Source of the DNA: an uncultured virus (IMG/VR IMGVR_UViG_3300001460_000018)
Taxonomy: Duplodnaviria > Heunggongvirae > Uroviricota > Caudoviricetes
DNA length: 20,000 nt
Reading direction: 5' to 3' (one strand)
IMG/VR virus record: IMGVR_UViG_3300001460_000018
Coordinates: 56,226-76,225 of that record
Part shown: positions 16,408 to 20,000 of the stretch, piece after piece
How positions within the stretch are numbered: the first letter of the stretch is position 1
Layout of the letters: each line of letters begins with the position of its first letter
Translations under genes and position numbers: made by a program
Notes under the pieces: model-generated
What the model was told of the DNA's origin: nothing
What the model saw: only the letters and a program-made list of their open reading frames with translations
Database searches by the model: none

Positions 16408-16842
16408 ATGGGTAAAGGTTATCAAGGAAGGCATAAAGGCGATGTTGCATTAGACAACATGATGAGAGAAGCTAAAAATGCTAATTACAAAGAAAGAAAA
16501 GGTATTAAAGACGTCACGGCAGTTGACCAATGCTTGACAGAAAACCAAAAGAAAATTAAGTATAAAGAAAGAGAAACTGATCCAGGTTTAACTGCAGCTG
16601 TTGCAGGTGGGTATAGCCACGCAAAAGAGCGTAAGGCTAAATCAGCCGCAAGATTAGCAGAAAAAAACAAGGAATTAGAATTAAAGGAATTATCAGATAA
16701 AACAGGAATCCCTGTTGAAATTCTTAGAAAGAATCCTAATCTTAAACCTCTTGATTGGATAGAGACACCAGACGCATTAACAGACGTAGAACTAAATACT
16801 GATGCTGATGCTGAAGAAGAGGCTACTGAAAATAACGATTAA
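16408..16842 (+). CDS. Hypothetical protein (basic N-terminus, acidic C-terminus)
   Basis: 144-aa ORF with A-rich leader. Confidence 0.8.
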   Translation: MGKGYQGRHKGDVALDNMMREAKNANYKERKGIKDVTAVDQCLTENQKKIKYKERETDPGLTAAVAGGYSHAKERKAKSAARLAEKNKELELKELSDKTGIPVEILRKNPNLKPLDWIETPDALTDVELNTDADAEEEATENND

Positions 16843-17176
16843 GCTAAGTAATCTACTAGAGATAAGTAGACTTTCAATAGAAGATTTAGAATTTCTTAGA
16901 GATATTCTAAATAAAAATATTGAAGATATCTTAATATTTGAAACGCATGAGCTAATTGATGCGTTAAAGATAATAATAGATAGCAATAGTAATAATTCTA
17001 TAAAAGAATTGTATAATCTAGGAAACTCTCTACACCACACCAAGATAGTAAAAAAATAAGAATGCAAAAGAATGGGTATGATAGGCGGACTATTCATAGC
17101 TACAACCATTTTAGGAGTGCTGACCAAGTATGTTTTATCAAATTATGATAATGCTGATGTTAATGATAATGATTAA
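16835..17176 (+). pseudogene. Possible decayed gene (ACG in place of start codon, internal TAA at 17057-17059)
   Basis: The frame of track ORF 16802-17059 continues past TAA into ECKRMGMIGGLFIATTILGVLTKY...; ACGATTAA overlap sits at the upstream stop. Confidence 0.4.
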
Positions 17177-17197
17177 ATATAGAAAATAATTATAATT

Positions 17198-17674
17198 ATG
17201 AACATTGCTTACTTGCATGGATTGGAGTCTGATGGCATTGGACGTAAAAACACTTTTTTAAAAAAGAACTTTAATAGAGTGTATGATCCTGTTATTGATT
17301 ATAGTGAGCCAGATATATGGAATAAAATATATAATGATCTTATTAAGTTTAGGCCTAACTATATTATAGGAAGCTCAATGGGTGGATGGTTTGCATATAA
17401 TTTAGGCAAGAAGATGGGAATCCCTACATTACTATTCAATCCTGCATTACAAGGAAGAAGCATAGAACCTAAAATTGATAAAACCGGGTCAAGATATCCT
17501 ATGAATACTTTGGTTCTTGGTAACTTTGATAAGGTTGTAAAACCAGACCAAACAGAGAGGTCGATTAATAAAGGAATGAATAAGTTTAAAATACATAGAG
17601 AACCTATTGGACACAGAACACCTTTCAACGTTTTTGAAAAATATGTAATGAAGTTAAAAAAAGGGAATCTCTAA
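17198..17674 (+). CDS. YqiA/YcfP-like alpha/beta hydrolase (esterase)
   Basis: YLHGLES, GSSMGG nucleophile elbow, LFNPAL, D.VV and GH triad residues. Confidence 0.85.
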   Translation: MNIAYLHGLESDGIGRKNTFLKKNFNRVYDPVIDYSEPDIWNKIYNDLIKFRPNYIIGSSMGGWFAYNLGKKMGIPTLLFNPALQGRSIEPKIDKTGSRYPMNTLVLGNFDKVVKPDQTERSINKGMNKFKIHREPIGHRTPFNVFEKYVMKLKKGNL

Positions 17675-18276
17675 ACTCCCTTTGGTTTTCCTAATAATAT
17701 TTTAGTATGATTTCCACCAGCAATCTTTCTGCTGTACCAACCATCTCCAGGTGTTTTACCATCAGGATGTTTACCATGCCATGTAATATCTTTCTTAAGA
17801 ACTTTCTTAACAGCTTCTTCACTAGTGACCGCAGGTACTTTATATTTACCTAGCATAATTTCCGCAATCTTTCCAGATACTTCATTATAGTAACCAGGCA
17901 TTGAGAGTGTTTTTGCTTTACTGTTTAGGTATGTTCTTTTACTATCCTTTTCACCATCATGGCCTACTCCAGTATACTTAATACCAAACTTACCTTCTTT
18001 ACCAAAAACTATAACATCGGCATCATTTGTTCCATGTAAGTCAATTACTTCCCAAAATTCTATTGAGCTATCGCTAAATACATCATCAGCTGTTGTAAAT
18101 TTAACATGACCTCCGATAGGTGCATATGCAGTTTGTATAAGATCTATAAATTCTTTACTAAGTTCTTCTTTTTCTGTGTCAGATAATTTCTTTGGATCAA
18201 ACTTAACCCACTTATCTCTTTTGGTTTTTAATATGTCACCGCTTGACTCTTTTAGAAAATAATTAAGACTTTTCAT
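17671..18276 (-). CDS. Hypothetical putative internal head protein
   Basis: 201 aa, starts MKSLNYFLKES; late motif AAATAAATA at 18297-18305. Confidence 0.75.
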   Translation of the reverse strand: MKSLNYFLKESSGDILKTKRDKWVKFDPKKLSDTEKEELSKEFIDLIQTAYAPIGGHVKFTTADDVFSDSSIEFWEVIDLHGTNDADVIVFGKEGKFGIKYTGVGHDGEKDSKRTYLNSKAKTLSMPGYYNEVSGKIAEIMLGKYKVPAVTSEEAVKKVLKKDITWHGKHPDGKTPGDGWYSRKIAGGNHTKILLGKPKGV

Positions 18277-18338
18277 ATTTTTATATATTCTTTATATATT
18301 TATTTCAGGTTGTGAAAACTATTGTATATAATTGTTAA

Positions 18339-18599
18339 ATGGAATCTAAAAATATAAAGGTATTAAAAACAGCATTTCATTATGGAATAACTTATGCTAA
18401 AAGCGATAAGATGGCTGTTAAAATGCTAAAGCTAAAAAATAAACTGTTAAAGAAAATGAAAAAGAAGAACAGCCGAATTGTTTTAGACAATGACGTTATA
18501 ATTAAAATGATTAAAAATAGTAAATCAGAAAAAGATTTAGGAAATAAACTAAATAAGTATTATAAGTACCTTAAGCAAAATAAAAATGAAAAGAATTGA
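18339..18599 (+). CDS. Hypothetical Lys-rich protein
   Basis: 86-aa ORF overlapping the next gene. Confidence 0.6.
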   Translation: MESKNIKVLKTAFHYGITYAKSDKMAVKMLKLKNKLLKKMKKKNSRIVLDNDVIIKMIKNSKSEKDLGNKLNKYYKYLKQNKNEKN

Positions 18600-18969
18600 T
18601 GATAGCATAAACGACCATATGTTTTTTAGACATAGTGATGGTGAAATTGAAATCGGAATTCACCCTGTCATGTTTGGCAATAGAATAAGAGTTGGGTTTG
18701 TTGGTTCATGGGCATATGAACTAGATTATTGTGCAGGAGCAATCCAAGAAGATATTGAAGAAGTTTACTCAATGACTCTTCATATTTTAAAAAACCAAAA
18801 GGTTAGAGATTTTAGAGTATTTCCATCATTTGAAAGAAAACCAATTCTTAATGACCCAAGTTGTATCAATAAGCTAAGAGAAATGTCAATAGGAATGGAA
18901 AAGATTAGCATACCGCCTATTCAGATATACAGAAATATTAGTTTAAGTAAAGTATTTAAAGACTCTTAA
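18586..18969 (+). CDS. Hypothetical protein
   Basis: 127-aa ORF. Confidence 0.75.
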   Translation: MKRIDDSINDHMFFRHSDGEIEIGIHPVMFGNRIRVGFVGSWAYELDYCAGAIQEDIEEVYSMTLHILKNQKVRDFRVFPSFERKPILNDPSCINKLREMSIGMEKISIPPIQIYRNISLSKVFKDS

Positions 18970-19113
18970 ATGAACTACCCTATAAAAGGAACTCTTAATG
19001 ACTTGGCTGGTGTTGTGCCAGCAGAAGTAATTAGTATGATGGTATCCCAAAAACGAAGAAGCAGTTACATATTTACAATCGATGCACAAAATGGATTTTT
19101 ATTAGTATGGTAA
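18970..19113 (+). CDS. Small hypothetical protein (47 aa)
   Basis: Not in the track; ATG directly after the previous TAA: MNYPIKGTLNDLAGVVPAEVISMMVSQKRRSSYIFTIDAQNGFLLVW. Confidence 0.55.
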   Translation: MNYPIKGTLNDLAGVVPAEVISMMVSQKRRSSYIFTIDAQNGFLLVW

Positions 19114-19128
19114 GTTACAATAAAAGAT

Positions 19129-19368
19129 ATGAAAAAAATACAATATTTTAAAGCTCAAAATAATAGCAATAGATACCGAAAAGGGCAAAAAGTTTGGATA
19201 AGACTAAATTGCGCTAATCATTTAATAACCTATCATAAATGGCGTGGAAGTGGCAGGCATGTAGAAGGTACTATTGATAAGTTTAGCCCTTTGGTTGGTG
19301 AAATACAGACAATAGATGTAGATAGCGATTTTGCTGAAAGAATTAGTAAAATAAAAGATTATGGATAA
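19129..19368 (+). CDS. Hypothetical protein
   Basis: 79-aa ORF overlapping the next gene by 8 nt. Confidence 0.7.
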   Translation: MKKIQYFKAQNNSNRYRKGQKVWIRLNCANHLITYHKWRGSGRHVEGTIDKFSPLVGEIQTIDVDSDFAERISKIKDYG

Positions 19369-19651
19369 ATTAAAAGAACTATTAAGTAAATGTAAAGCAA
19401 GTGTTACAATATCTGTAAACCGACATAGAGATTATCACCAAAGTGTTAAAGATTACATTGAAGAACAAGAATTGATGGATAAAGGTTTGATTGATGAAAT
19501 TGGCAGTGAAGTATATGAAGAAATGAAAAAGACTAATACCATTATTGAAATACAAGCTTACCCGGATACACCAGTAGGAAGTTATAGAGTATTTCATTAT
19601 GACATTGATAAAGCGGTAGATATAATGCTAAGTTGTGTTAATGGTGGGTAA
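19361..19651 (+). CDS. Hypothetical protein ending in the TAAC of an attC-like site
   Basis: 96-aa ORF; its stop TAA is part of GGGTAAC. Confidence 0.75.
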   Translation: MDKLKELLSKCKASVTISVNRHRDYHQSVKDYIEEQELMDKGLIDEIGSEVYEEMKKTNTIIEIQAYPDTPVGSYRVFHYDIDKAVDIMLSCVNGG

Positions 19652-19769
19652 CGTTAAATCTATAATGCGTGACCTAAGTGCAACCTAAATAATAAATTTA
19701 CCTTAATAAAGAATATGGAAAACGAAAAGAACAATAACTCTCAGTCATGCAATATAGATGCTGTTATGA
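19646..19769. mobile_element. attC-like recombination hairpin 1
   Basis: TAAC-gttaa-ATCTATAATGCGTGAC ... GTCATGCAATATAGAT-gct-GTTA imperfect inverted repeat, 124 bp. Confidence 0.7.
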
Positions 19770-19903
19770 GTCGCTACAAAGCATTAAAAAATGAATATAA
19801 TGAATGTAAGGTTGGATATATGAAGACTAGCAGCCCTATTTATATGGCTAGAATGAGGGAGATTGAAGTAATTTTTGACTTCTTTAATGGTAATGACTCA
19901 TAA
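19715..19903 (+). CDS. Cassette-borne hypothetical protein
   Basis: 62 aa; starts inside hairpin 1 and stops in the TAAC of hairpin 2; alternative start at 19766. Confidence 0.65.
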   Translation: MENEKNNNSQSCNIDAVMSRYKALKNEYNECKVGYMKTSSPIYMARMREIEVIFDFFNGNDS

Positions 19904-19991
19904 CGGTTTGGCTAAGGTTAGTTGCCATAAATACTAACTATCAAATTATAACAAGACCTTGCAAGGCAATTAACTTTAGCTGTTGTTAGGC
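19898..19991. mobile_element. attC-like recombination hairpin 2
   Basis: TAAC-ggtttg-GCTAAGGTTAGTTGCC ... GGCAATTAACTTTAGC-tgtt-GTTAGGC, 94 bp, ending in a canonical GTTRRRY. Confidence 0.72.
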
Positions 19992-20000
19992 ACTTTTAAA

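Noticed and set aside
2400..19597. Overlapping or antisense ORFs in the track (2400, 3939, 6092, 7230, 8738, 10228, 10669, 12072, 13414, 15492, 16485, 16792, 17359, 19382)
   Set aside because: They lie within or opposite better-supported genes and have the Ser/Leu/Phe/Ile-rich composition typical of shadow frames.
18970..19645. Upstream partner site (GTTACCCACC) for the first attC-like end
   Set aside because: Not found by eye, so the genes at 18970-19651 cannot be called intact cassettes.
19646..19991. CRISPR array or simple terminators as explanation of the hairpins
   Set aside because: The repeats are not sequence-identical, the loops are long, there are no poly-T tails, and the offset end complementarity fits cassettes.
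1..20000. Stop-codon reassignment
   Set aside because: Conserved genes are full length in code 11, and TAG terminates genes normally (6777-6779 and 17671-17673 on the minus strand).
1..20000. tRNA or rRNA genes
   Set aside because: No cloverleaf or T-loop (GTTCRA) context is recognisable in the intergenic gaps.

Overview
AT-rich (roughly 26% GC by eye), densely coding segment of a large T4-like tailed phage (myovirus), genetic code 11. The host is most likely a Bacteroidota member, based on TTTG-N18-21-TATATTT(G/A) promoters, A-rich leaders without Shine-Dalgarno sequences, and a GcvH. The window holds the 5' end of a tail sheath gene, an ECF-like sigma factor, a three-gene type II topoisomerase (gp39/gp60/gp52-like), an amidase, a gp42-like dCMP hydroxymethylase, DNA ligase, an ATP-grasp ligase, GcvH, a GIY-YIG protein, a lysozyme-fold hydrolase, dCMP deaminase, an esterase and many hypotheticals. 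Most notable: (1) the start of an integron-like attC cassette array at the right edge, whose hairpins appear inverted relative to the genes, with no integrase in the window; (2) at least six unrelated proteins sharing a T4 capsid-targeting-like N-terminal decapeptide (MKxLxEF(I/L)NE), including the ATP-grasp enzyme; (3) a topoisomerase split at the T4 39/60 position with T4-like extensions but no homing endonuclease or bypass gap. All family assignments come from motif recognition by eye; no database searches were run.
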